From: Octopus sinensis
Lineage: Eukaryota
Reading direction: 5' to 3'
Length of the DNA: 64,000 nucleotides
Assembly: GCF_006345805.1 (NCBI RefSeq)
Contig: NC_043003.1
Span: 98,642,001 to 98,706,000, forward strand
The notes beneath the pieces are model-generated. The model ran no database searches, was not told the DNA's origin, and saw only the letters and a list, made by a program, of their open reading frames with translations. Both the position numbers and the translations under genes were made by a program. Of this stretch, positions 51,600 to 63,980 are shown in pieces; within the stretch, counting starts at the first letter, position 1; the number at the start of each line of letters is the position of its first letter.

Positions 51600-54500
51600 C
51601 AGTTATGCCCGGAAACATGACTACCAAAATAAATAGAGGCGAATTTCGATCTGTAAGTCTTATGCGAGTTCGATATGAACAATATATTAATTCGGAGAAT
51701 TCAGAAGCGGTGTCTTGTAAAAAATTGACCCTGTACAAACACTCCCTTCTTCTAACGTCACCGTCACAGAAGCGGCGTCTTGTCAAAAAGTTGACCCTGA
51801 AAAAATGGACCCCTCTGATGTCGCCGTCAATCATTTAATGAAAACAAGCCAAAAATCATGCCGGATCGGTCATCGCCCGGGACAACAAGGACCGCGTTAC
51901 CCAGTAGGGAACCAGACTGGGGTCGAAAAGTTTGCTGCTGGAACAAACTCTCAAAAAGACGATCTACCAGGTGACCAGAACCAGAATACTTCTAACTCTG
52001 GACTTGTAGTGACACCACCAAAAACACCACCTAAAGCAAAACGTATAAAATGGACCAGAGAGGACTATAGAGATGTGTTGAAAGCTTTTTATACAGCCCA
52101 ACTAAACCCAAACAATAACCTCAGTGTACAAACATACATCTCATGGAGAAATTCAGTAGGCAATGACGTACGTAGATATATAGACGCAAATAAATTAAGT
52201 AATGTACGCAGAGATATAATTAAAAACAAAAGACTAACTGACGCTGAAATTGACAAAATTAGGACACTAATAGCTCATGGTAGACCAAAAGAAAACAGCA
52301 ACAATGTAGACGAAATAGGTAACAGTAGCACAGAAGCCAGTGTACAAGCGGCAAATCAACTTCCCAATGGGGAAGTTAAACAAAGAATAGCGAAGACGAG
52401 AGATTTGAAAAAAGAGGAGAACGTAGACCTTCCTCAAGAAAACCAAAATAGATATGACATAGAATTTGAGGTGAATAATAGAGAAAAGATTATGGAAGCA
52501 AAAGTGGACATTATGAGAGAACTCGGCAAGATTGAGCTCACTGACATGGTTAATAGAGAACCACTACCAAAGTTTTCAAATGGCACAAGAAATGACAACA
52601 CAATCACGACATATAACGTTGCCCTAGGACAGATCTTAAGAAATAAGGGGAATGATTTGACAACCTTAAATAATCTCATTTATTCACTGCTAAAGTAGTA
52701 ACTACCCAACTAGGTATTAAGATGACAAAGAAAAAGGCCAGGCATGTCAATGAACCTCCTAAGTGGAAAGTAGCGATACAAAAAGAGATTGAATCTCTGC
52801 GGGCGGATGTTTCAGTTCTCGATGAGCTTGCTAGAGGAGTGAATATTAAGCCGAGAAAAGCTAGAAAAATCAAGCAAAAATATAAAATCAAAGATCTCAT
52901 AAACCTCCCTGCAACTAAGGAACTGTTGAAACAACGGATACAGTTGAAAGCTCAACGGCTTAGAAGGTATGACAAAAGAAACAAATTTTATCGACAAAAT
53001 AATTTTTTTAAGACAGATGCAAAGAAATTTTATAGGGAAATTGGCAAAAAAAAAAATACACATAGAAGATCCACCTAAGATTGAGGAAGTGGAGGAGTTC
53101 TGGAAGAAGGTATGGAGCAACGAAAAAGAGTTTAATGCTGAGGCTGACTGGATAGAACGTGAGAAAGAGAGACTGGATGAACTTGAAGAACAGAAATGGG
53201 AAGCAATAGGAATAGAGGAGCTAAGGTGTGTCCTTAGGAAGGCTCATAAATGGAAAACCCCAGGACTGGATCGGATCCCTAACTTCTGGCTGAATTGTTT
53301 GACGGAGGTACACGAACATCTCGCTGCATCTCTGTCTGATGTCATTCAGAACCCAGAGCAAATACCTGCTTGGCTGACTGAAGGAACCACCTACCTATTA
53401 CCTAAAACCGAAGACACAAAAAACCCAAAGAATTACCGGCCAATAACATGTCTCAACACCACCTACAAAATCCTCACATCCATAATAACGGAGAGAATGT
53501 ACGCTTTCCTTGAACAAAATTCTATCCTTCCACAAGCTCAAAAAGGGTGTAAAAGAAACTCTTATGGGTGCAAAGACCAATTGCTCATAAACAGAATGAT
53601 TGTAGAGAATTGCCGGAGCAAAAACAAAAACCTGAGTATGGCATGGATAGACTACAGGAAAGCGTATGACAGTGTCCCACATAAATGGATACTCAAGGCC
53701 CTTGAGATATACAAGATCTCTCCTGTCGTCTCAAAATCTTAGAGAATAGCATGACCATGTGGAACACACGTCTCTTTCTAAGCCATAGTAATGGGATGAG
53801 CCAGTCCAACAGCATCAACATCAAACGAGGCATCTTTCAAGGTGACTCCCTCTCTCCATTACTTTTTTGCATGGCACTGATCCACTCTCAAACGAATTGG
53901 ATAGTACCAGATATGGGTACAAAGTTTTTAGTAAGTTAATAAACCACCTTTTCTATATGGACGACCTAAAGCTGTTTGCCAGGAATGACCAAGAGCTAGA
54001 AGGGCTGCTAACAACTGTTAAAGAGTTTAGCAATGATATCGGGATGGATTTTGGCCTTGATAAGTGTGCTAAAGCAACTTTTGTAAGAGGCAAGCTCAGG
54101 CAAACAGCTTCTGTTAAATTAGATATTGACACTACCATCAAGGAACTTGACCCACAAGAAAGTTACAAATACCTAGGAATCAACGAAGGAGATGGTATAC
54201 ATCATGCTACTATGAAGGAAAAAATAAGAAAGGAATACTATAGGAGAATAAGGCTTGTACTGAAGACTGAACTCAACTCCAAAAATTGCATTGAGGCCAT
54301 TAACACCCTGGCACTTCCAGTAGTCCAGTACAGTTTTAACATCATTAACTGGAACCTTACGGAACTCCAACGCTTGGACAGGAAGACAAGAAAGTTACTG
54401 ACATCCAAGAGCATGCACCACCCTAAGGCAGATGTGTAGACCGCTTGTACCTACCTAGAAGCAGCGGGGGGAGAGGAATGATGCAATTAGAGCTGTGCTA

Positions 54501-55660
54501 TAAGACCTCTACTGTAGGAATGAACAGGTACCTATCTAGTACAAAGGACTGGATGCTGCGACTTGTGTGCGAACACGAAAGCAGCAAAAAGCTGCATTCT
54601 ATTGTCAAGGAAGCTTATAAGTTCGAAAGGGAACTGGACGTTAACCTTGAATCAGATGAAGAGTCGGAAACCACTGCTACCAAGCAAGCAAAGCGAATCA
54701 AGCAGACTGCAAAAAAGAACGGGCAGAATCAAATTGAGAGGCGGTGGAGCCAGAAGCCCCTGCATGGACAAATATTCTCCGAAGCCAAAATGCTGATGTA
54801 GACCAAGCAACAACCCATCAGTGGCTGAAGAGCTCTGGATTGAAAGCAGAGACTGAAGCTTCATAATGGCAGCACAAGATCAAAGCTTGTTTACCAGAAA
54901 TTACCAGGCTAACGTTCTCCGAAACGGTACTGACCCTAAATGCAGATTCTGTGACACATTTGACGAAACAATAGACCATCTCGTTTCGGGATGTCCTGTG
55001 CTGACACCAAACGAATACAAAAATCGCCACGATAGGGTAGGACAGTATATACATTGGAAGATATGTAAACACTACAAATCCGACACTCCTGCTAACTGGT
55101 ATGAACACCATCCTCAGCCAGTTGTTGAAGGTAAAGATGTCACCATCCTCTGGGATTTTCCAGTCAACACTGACAGAACGATCAAGGCTAATCGACCAGA
55201 CATAATTGTGAAAGACAGGGAAGAAAATACCTGCAGACTAATAGAAGTAAGCGTCCCCACTGATAAAAAGTATCTGTCAAGGAATTTGACAAACTTAGTA
55301 AATATAAGGACCTGGAAATCGAAATACAGAGGATGTGGAATCTTAAAACAAAAACTGTTCCTGTTATTGTAGGTGCCCTAGGTATGATAAAAAAGGGATG
55401 TCAGAAACACCTAGACAATATCCCTGGAAAACCATGTCTCAAGGAAATCCAAAAGATTGTGCTAACAAGTACTGCCCACATCCTTAGAAAAACCCTATCA
55501 ATGTAAATGTTTGTGTTTGCATTACATGGAGATATATCTCTACTTCCCCTCCCCAAGCTTTCAGCTATATTTCAACAACTCTTAACCTTCACTTGCCCTA
55601 GGGCGCTGGGTGTGCTCCGGCAAGTGATTGCATCAAACATGCAGATTAAAAGTAAATGAC
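51600..55660 (+). mobile_element. Near-full-length R4/Dong-clade RLE retrotransposon ('family B'); 5' boundary uncertain
   Basis: Single polyprotein with Myb-like, RT, CCHC and RLE regions; 3' UTR with cacttgcc/ggcaagtg stem; (TAA)n tail from 55661. Confidence 0.9.
51805..55506 (+). pseudogene. R4/Dong polyprotein split by about 7-8 small indels (possibly sequencing errors)
   Basis: RIKWTREDY (Myb-like), YRPITCLNTTYKILT, QKGCKRNSYGCKDQLLIN, AWIDYRKAYDSVPH, GIFQGDSLSPLLF, LFYMDDLKLFA, FGLDKCA, YKYLG, CRFC..ETIDHLVSGCP, RHD, NRPDII, KYKDL, VPVIVGALG; stop at 55504-55506. Confidence 0.9.
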
Positions 55661-55715
<55 letters not shown>

Positions 55716-55736
55716 TAATAATAATAATAATAATTT

Positions 55737-56165
55737 ATGATTCAGTGTGACCATGAGATTGAGAATAGGAAGCCGGACATAATCTTAATTGAGAAAGAAA
55801 ATAAACTATGCTGGATCATAGATATAGCATGCCCAGCTGACGACAAATTATGCGATAAGGAAGAAAGAAAAGTAGAGAGATATGACAGGTTAGCTTGGGA
55901 AGTAAAGCAGTTTTGGTCGATGAAAAAGGTAGCAGTAATACCAATAATTGTTGTTGCCCTTGGAACAGTGAGCAAAAATCTTGAGAAGTATGTGGAACAA
56001 ATAGGGGATGCAATAAGGGTGGAGCACTTGCAGAAAACAGCACTGCTTCGAACAGCTCGTATACTACGGAAGGTGTTCGAAAAATAAGATGTGTTGACTT
56101 AGTTCACTGGCAGTGAACAGCTGACACTGTAGTGCATCTCCGGCGTTAGAAGCTGTGCAAAGGCA
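55737..56165 (+). mobile_element. R4/Dong-clade LINE 3' fragment ('family C') in (TAA)n
   Basis: DHEIENRKPDIILI..IIDIACP..KVERYDRL..IPIIVVALG..LQKTALLRTARILRKV*; distinct 3' UTR. Confidence 0.85.
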
Positions 56166-56168
56166 ATA

Positions 56169-56217
<49 letters not shown>

Positions 56218-56231
56218 TAATAATAATAATA

Positions 56232-56666
56232 AATACCACAGATTTGCTTGTCAGTTGTTTGACCTTAACCAGTTGAGCATGTCCCTTAGTGGCTGACGAT
56301 ATGTGCATCTCTGATCACGAGCAGAAGTAGTGGGGGAGCATCATAGCCATGTGTTGAGAGGGATTCTTTGGGGTTTGAATAATTCACCTCTGGAAACATG
56401 GGTGGTTCTTTCAACATCCTTAAACAACCCTTATTCAGGGACCTTTTGAGCGGGATGGGCTACTCAACCTGAAGAAAATTCTAACTGGGCCCCACCTGCA
56501 AGGTCATGTGCTGTTTGTCTTGATATGAGATCACCATGTCGCGCACATATGGTTGTGATGCATGTGCCTGGTGTACCTTTATCAGACGGGTAGTCATGAT
56601 GGGTATATTGGGCTTCGTATATTTTACCCCAGTGTCACTTTGTTGGCATGCACTGCTCTCTCACTC
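56232..56666 (+). mobile_element. Family D, 5'-truncated copy, in (TAA)n
   Basis: Matches 40650-41032. Confidence 0.8.
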
Positions 56667-56689
56667 AATAATAATAATAATAATAATAT

Positions 56690-57280
56690 AAATAGATGTG
56701 AGAGCCTTAAAAAAAAAGAATACAAACGCCACTACGATAAAGTGTGTGTCTTCATTAGCTTCTATGCTGTAAATACCAATATGAAGTTGGTATGAGCATG
56801 TACCAAGTAAAGTTATGCAGGAGGGTGGAAAAATAACGATATTCTGGGACTATGATTTTCAAGGGCATCGTGTAATCGAACACCGTCGGTCGGATATTGT
56901 CATATTGAATAAGAGAGACAAATACTGTCGGATCATTGATATAGCCATACTAAGTGACATGAATGTTGTGAGTAAAGAGGTTGAAAAAATCACCAAGTAC
57001 TCCGAATGGAAAGTGGAAATGGCAAGACTGTGTGGAATGCAAGAGAGTAATGTAAAAGTGGTACCAGTGGTGATCGCAGCGTTGGGCTCAATCCCATTGG
57101 AACTTCAAGACTTCTTAAGGCAACTGGACATCCCATGCCAGATTGATGTCTTGCAAACAGCAGCTTTATCGGGCAAAGCGCACATCTTAAAGAAAATATT
57201 ATCTGTTTGAGGTCCTTGTTGTGACTTGACAGATGACTAAAGAGTCCGGTGCATTTTTACCTACAGTGTGTTACGAAGGA
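56690..57280 (+). mobile_element. Family E 3' fragment in (TAA)n
   Basis: Highly similar to 705-1303; RHYDKV, FWDYDFQ..RRSDIVIL..IIDIA, VPVVIAALG; stop at 57208-57210. Confidence 0.85.
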
Positions 57281-57311
57281 ATAATAATAATAATAATAAA
57301 TAATAATAATA

Positions 57312-57342
<31 letters not shown>

Positions 57343-57589
57343 GTAATAATAATAAGATGCAACACATCTCATTTTAAGCAGAGAGAAAAGTAGATAAGCT
57401 CGGTAATAAAACTATGAAAACAAATAGAGAGGAATTGCGATCTGTAAGTCTCGGGCGATCATAACACCAAAAAAAAGGCATAGCACGCGTATAGAGACGG
57501 TATTCTGTACATTATTTTATCGACCCCGGAGAAAAGAATGGCACGGGTGACCTAGACTGCATTTAAAATCAGAACATAGAAAGCCAATA

Positions 57590-57720
57590 TGTGTATGCAT
57601 GCATGTATGTATGTATGTATGTATGTATGTATGTATGTATGTATGTATGTATGTATGCATGTATGCATGTATGTATGTATGTATATATGTATGTATGTAT
57701 GTCTGTATGTATGTATGTAA
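57590..57720. repeat. (TATG)n microsatellite
   Basis: Direct reading. Confidence 0.95.
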
Positions 57721-58741
57721 GATCACCTCTATACGTCGCTGGACCGGTTTCAAATAACAGCGAAATCTCTATTGAATTATGTCACCACCTTGAAAATCAA
57801 AGTAAACTTTGTAACATGAAGTGCATTATAAACAACAAAGCCGTAATGTTACGGATAGAAAACATTTTAATCAAAGTTGACTCTTATGTAAACAAACCCC
57901 ATGACAACAACAATATCGTTGATAGTGCGGCAAATGCGTGTTGCTTTGCAAATTAATTGTCTGCAAAAGAATTTATTGTAGTATACATTAACTGAGAGAG
58001 AATACTTTAAAACGACTTAAATTTGCTGTTACTCAAATTGAAAAGTCGTAATAAATCAGTTAAAAACTTTCATATAAATGATATTAAATATACATGACTA
58101 GGTTTTTTAATTTGTAAATAAGAACAGTAACAAATACACGAACAGAACACGAGCTCTATGCCTTTCATTAGACCGATGAAAGCATTTCCCCAGTATCTAT
58201 ACACTCTCGTAATAATTTTCTCATTATTTAGGAAAATATATTTGGTTGAAGAGGTCTGAAAAAACAGTAGCATGAATAGAATTGTCCATAGACTTTACCG
58301 ACATCAATAGACTTTACCGACTACAATATCAATCTTTGAGCGAAAGTTGTCTTTCTTCATCGCATAATCATTTTTAATTACTTGGTAAATTCTTCTTGCA
58401 TTATATATATTAACACTACATTATAAACTATAGGGACATTGGCAAACTCTTCTTTCAAAATTAGGTAATATAACTGATTTGTACCTGATACTTTAACTCT
58501 TCTGTTTCATCTATTCCAGTATCACACATGTTTCACTGATAATTCGTTAGTCATCTAGCGCTGACAAAATAGTCTGTTCTACTAATTAATGCCCAGCTGA
58601 GTGAAGCCTATTGATTTTGATATTTTGTCACAAAAATAATGTCTAATCTACTCACATTATTCTATACAAATAGAATACTCACTTCTCTATACAAATAGTG
58701 TAAAAAATAAATTAACGTTTTAATACAATAATCTACTACGA

Positions 58742-58946
58742 CAGGGGTTCCCAGCCACTGAGCCGTGGATTATTTAGTACTGGACCGCTCAGAAAGAATA
58801 AATTTCGATTTTATTGACTATCACAGTCTGGTGGTTGTTTTTATTTCGCACTTCATACTCTTTTGTTAGGCGCGCGATCCCACAGTCCATGGAAAAATTA
58901 TCTGGCATGAAACCGATCCGCAATGTTAAATGTTTCGTGACCGTTG
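58742..58946 (+). mobile_element. hAT (Charlie-like) MITE with 8-bp TSD
   Basis: Ends caggggttccc.. and ..gaccgttg; TSD tactacga (58734-58741) and tactacgt (58947-58954). Confidence 0.75.
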
Positions 58947-59426
58947 TACTACGTAATATTTGGTAGAGTTATATAGGACATATAAGAAATTTATTTAGCT
59001 TCCAATGTAAATACGTACATAATTGAAATCTGGAACGGCTAAACCACTCAACCTTTACATAACATGGAGATGATGTTTAGTAAACATCTCCCTCTTCTGT
59101 GCAACATCCACATTCTATATTACACGACAACTTCACCATTTGTCTCTTTGTTCTTTACTTCTTTGCATGTCCTTATCTTTTCTTATCTCCTTTCATCCTA
59201 TATTTCTCCCTTGATATTTATTTATATATTTGTTTATTTATTTACTCTCTTTCATTCCATCTGTCAAGATGTTTCTACTTCTTCGGGTTATTTTTCTTCG
59301 TATTATTTTCAATATGTATAACTTTCAAAACCGATACTACATATGTTTTACATTCTTATTCCATATTATTCTCCTTATTCCATATTTACAATCATATTTA
59401 TACTAATGTATATAATATGTTTTGCC

Positions 59427-59930
59427 TAGTACCCTCTATATAATATAAATAAGTATTTTCAAAGTTGAAAAAATTTACAGATTTTTTCTCTTACGAGGTT
59501 TTTCACGCTAACTACTTGATAATTTCTTATAAAGATTTTATCCTATTTTTAAATTTATATTTTTCACCGAATTGTTCAATACTGAATTTTTGTTCCGAGT
59601 ACGCAAGTTGTTACCGAAATGCATTGCGAAAAAGCCCGCCATTTTCATAGATATGTAAAGATAAACATTCGTACATGCTGCGGCGAATTCTACGGTTGGT
59701 TGTCGGGTATGTGATGTTGTGTTTTTTCTTACATGTCTTGAGTTCGTTGCACTGAAGAGCGTAGAATGCATATTCTGCATTGATTGCGAAATCACAGGTG
59801 ATATGTAACTAAATTCTGTTTTTAAATGACTCGCTTTGAAGTTTTGCATTCGGTATAATTTGTTTATTTTAGTAGTTTTGACTGTAAAATTCCCTCCTAG
59901 CGTGCGGTACCTATGAATAATAGTACCCTC

Positions 59931-59941
<11 letters not shown>
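59427..59941 (+). mobile_element. 494-bp hammerhead-containing unit bounded by 21-bp direct repeats (PLE pLTR or retrozyme-like)
   Basis: tagtaccctctatataatata at 59427-59447 and 59921-59941; runs into (TA)n. Confidence 0.6.
59746..59809 (+). ncRNA. Type I hammerhead ribozyme, canonical core
   Basis: gttgca-CTGAAGA-GCG..TGC-GAAA-TCA(cagg)TGA-TA-tgtaac; stem I 6 bp; AUA triplet; predicted cut after 59803. Confidence 0.75.
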
Positions 59942-60008
<67 letters not shown>

Positions 60009-61048
60009 GAAAAAGTAAAACGAAAGAAAGAAAATGCACACTAAATAATTCCATAATAAATATGAAAACCTAATAATTTTTATTTTCTTTGTTTACTAAA
60101 TTTATCGTCGGGAGAATTCCGTAATAAATATGAAAATAAACTTATGGCAGTAAACACTATAACCTAAATATCCCATAGATATAGAGTTAGGCTATAATAA
60201 TGGATATCAACATGTTACTATTTTTTTTAGAAGTAATCAGATTTGGAGTTACTTAAATAAGGATTATTATTCATATATTATGGAAGGGGAGAACTCTGTA
60301 AATAAGTAAAAATTAAGTATTATAATAAAACAAGGATATTAATGATTGCTCACGATAAAATGATTAATATTATTATTTTAAAATTAAATGACTATAAATA
60401 GTATGCATACAAATTTTATTAATTCTTCCACAATTAACAAAATAATTTTGTTATAATAAGACAAGTTATAAACTATACAATACTATAGTAATTATTTTGG
60501 TTATTAAATTTATTCATGAAGTCAAATAAAACTATCTATCATTAATATCATTATCATAATTATCATCAATTATTCAATAAATTAAATGAATGTTTTTATA
60601 CATATATTCATTATAAATATATTCGAGCAAAGTCGAAAGAATAAGCTTTCGCTTTCCGTAAATTCCTGAAACGATCGAAAGATATCTCACTTCGATATAT
60701 TTTTATTTCATATGCGTACTTTTATTTCATTCGAGGAGAATTTTAAATTGCCTTACTCTATTTAATTTTACTTCACACGAGGACCATTATAAATCTTTTA
60801 AACATCGCCTGCTCGAGATTATAATTTAATTCATTTTGTAATTTTCTGCATATGTATTATCATTGCCCAACCTTAAGATTGTAATAAAAGAAATATAAAT
60901 GTATATATTTATTGTATTCCCTATTCGAATATGCATTAGCCGGACTAGGAGGATGATAAACTGAAATGTCTTCTCTCCCTCCTTGGACTTTGATATTTGC
61001 TCAATATATTGAGCCCTTTCGTATTATTTCGAGGAAAGAGTTACACGC

Positions 61049-61049
<1 letters not shown>

Positions 61050-61108
<59 letters not shown>

Positions 61109-61214
61109 CATTATTTTTATTATTATATATATATATATATACATATATATATGTATGTGTGTATATATATATATATATACACCCATACATACATACATAC
61201 ATATATATATATAT

Positions 61215-61245
<31 letters not shown>

Positions 61246-61400
61246 CACCCATACATACATATATATATATACGCACATACATACACACATATATATATGC
61301 ATATATATATATACGTATATGTACATGTACATACAAACATACATGTACATGTGCATATATATAATATATATCTGCATGCATGTATGTATGAACATATATG
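61050..61400. repeat. (ATT)n/(TA)n/(CATA)n tract
   Basis: Direct reading. Confidence 0.9.
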
Positions 61401-61454
61401 TTTTATTTATTCGATATTGCTAATCGAAATGCTCTGTGGCTAATTAGAAAGATT

Positions 61455-62450
61455 TGTAAACATGAGCAGGGCTTTGCATCAAGATATAAAAGCTAGAGTT
61501 AATTTTAGTGGTAGGCTCTCTGAATCTTTTGCCGTGGAAAATTGAGTAAAGTAAGGAGATCTCGATGCACCCGCCCTCTATGCAATTTACTTTGCTGTAG
61601 TATTGTCACAAGCTTTTCAAAACTCCGAAGAGGGTATTTAAAGAAAATATCGAACAACAGGGAATGTTTTTAAACTGACCAGACTGAAATTCTGAGCGAA
61701 GGTTCTTACTTTACTCATTAAGGAACTTTTATACACTGACGACTGCGATCTTATCAGTCATTTTGAAACAGATTTTCAATCTCTTGTATCTGCATTTGAC
61801 TCGGCTTCTGATGATTTTGGCTTGACTATCAACTTGAAAACAATAGTTGTAATGCATCAACCTGCGTGTGGTACTGTTTGTAACCCTACTAAAATTTTTG
61901 TTAAGGCTAAGTTACTTGAGGTTGTTGATTCGTTCATCTACTTTGGAAGCTCTATACAAAGTGATGGAAATTTTGATACAAAAATACATTTGCGAATTCA
62001 AAGGGCAGCAATTCAAACTGATTGCAGTTACACGTTTGGCGCCAGCGACATATAAATAACAATACAAATACATTTTACTCCAAACATAGATGTCCTTGCA
62101 TCTGCAGGCATCACCTCAACTAAAGCTATGATTTTGAGACACAAAATGAGATGGTGTGGCCATATTGTTCGAATGGCGGATGAACGCAAGCCCAAACAAC
62201 TGTTTTATGGTGAGCTTGCTGAGGAGAAGCGCTATCGGTGTAAACCAAAACAAAAAGGTTGAAGGACGGCATAAGAACTACTATGAAGTCATTTGAAATG
62301 GATCCAGAAGACAGAAATCCGTGCTTCGTATCGAGCTTGAACATAAGTGTGGAGTGAAAGCATTTGAAGAGGCCATTATATCGCATGCAAGACTCAAAAG
62401 ATATTTAAGGAAGAATGTTACGATCGAGAAGGTGAAGCACAGTTTGTGAC
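61455..62450 (+). mobile_element. Decayed RTE (BovB-like) LINE 3' fragment
   Basis: SESFAVEN.VK.GD..AP.LY.IYF, ELLYTDDCDL, FGLTINLKT.V.HQP, EVVDSFIYFGS, RWCGHIVRMADERKPKQLFYGEL. Confidence 0.8.
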
Positions 62451-62472
62451 AGATCAGGCCTTTCTTTTACTA

Positions 62473-63489
62473 CCTGGAAAGTTTCGAGGATTTCCTAACT
62501 TCCGGGAAATTTCGTCGAAAACTTCCTGGAAAGTTTGTAACTTCCGGGAAATTTGATTGAAAAGTTCCTGGAAAGTTCCGATGGGTTCCTAACTTGCGGG
62601 ACATTTGGTCAAAGACTTCCTGGGAAGTTCCTGGAAATTTCGTCGAAAATTTCCTGGAAAGTTCCGAGCTATTCCTAACTTCCTGTAAATTTCGTCGAAA
62701 ATTTCTTGACTATACCAGGGATTTCCTAAAGTCCGGTAAATTTCGTCGAAAACTTCCTAGAAAGTTCCGGGGATTTTCTAACTTACAGGAAATTTCGTCG
62801 ATAACCTTCCTGGAAAGTTCCGATGATTTCCTAACTTCCGGGATATTTGGTCGAGAACTTCCTGCAAATTTCCGAGGATGTCCTAACTTCCGGTAAATTT
62901 CGTCGAGAACTTCCTGCAAAGTTCCGGAGATTTTCTAACTTACTAGAAATTTCGTCGATAACTTCCTGGAAAGTTCCGGGGATTTTCTAATTTCCGATGG
63001 GTTCCTAACTTCAGAAACATTTAGTCGAAAACTTCCTGGAAAGTTCCGAGGTTTCCTAACTTCTGGTAAATGTGGTCGAAAACTTCCTGGAATGTTCCGA
63101 AGATTTCCTAACTTCTGGGATATTTGCTCGAAAACTTTCTGGGAGATTCTGAGGATTTTCTAACTTCCGGGAACTTTGGTCGAAAAGTTCCTAGAAAGTT
63201 CCGAGGATGTCCTATCTTCCGGTAAATTTCGTCGAGAATTTCCTGTAAAGTTCCGGGGATTTTCTAACTTTCTGGAAATTTCGTCGATAAATTTCCTGGA
63301 AAGTTCAGAGGATTTTCTAACCTCCGGTATATTTCGTCGGAAACTTCCTGGAAAGTTCCGAGGATTTGCTAACTTCCGGGTAAATTTGGTCGAAAACTTC
63401 CTGCAAAGATTCGAGGTTTGCCTAACTTCCGGTAAATTTCGTCGGAAACTTCCTGGAAAGTTCCGGCGATTTTCTAACTTTCGGGAAAT
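62473..63489. repeat. ~52-bp minisatellite, about 19-20 diverged units
   Basis: Consensus about ttcctggaaagttccgaggattttctaacttccgggaaatttcgtcgaaaac; unit starts at e.g. 62651, 62703, 62754, 62807, 62859, 62911, 62963. Confidence 0.95.
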
Positions 63490-63794
63490 GAGACACCCAA
63501 AATACCTTAGGCTTTGTTTTATAGGTGTTTTTCTATTCTAGCAAAGGTTGGATGACTAATAGGGAGGCGTTGATTTACAGCCAATGTCCTCCCTAAACCT
63601 AATGCTTGCTTGTTTTCCAAGAAATGTCTCATTTGTCACATTCCAAAAGACCAAAGGTTCATTAAGAGGACAAATGATGATGTCACTGATTGTAGCTTGA
63701 AATACATGGAGGACATGTACAAACACACACACACACAGGCATGCACATGCACAGTAAGCATTTGTTTAGATTCCATCTACCAGATCCACTCAAA

Positions 63795-63980
63795 AGCCGT
63801 ATTTCGTCTGTCGTTACGTTGTGAGTTCAAATTCCACCGATGTCGACTTTGCCTTTCATCCTTTCGGGGTCGATAAATTAAGTACCAGTTACACACTGGG
63901 GTCGATGTAATCGACTTAATACCTATGTCTGTCCTTGTTTTTCCCCTCTATGTTTAGCCCCTTGTGGGTAATAAAGAAAT
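63795..63980 (+). mobile_element. OK-like tRNA SINE (5' part missing)
   Basis: gtatttcgtctgtcgttacgttgtgagttcaaattcc..ctttcatcctttcggggtcgataaattaagtacc..aataaagaaat. Confidence 0.85.

Noticed and set aside
51858-51900. HDV-like ribozyme in the family B 5' region (gccgga/cggtc/ccgg/gaccg)
   Set aside because: Only 5 nt lie between the putative P2 and P1 3' strand, too few for P3-L3.
60005-60950. Very AT-rich stretch as a NUMT or control-region insert
   Set aside because: No recognisable mitochondrial gene or tRNA; left unassigned.
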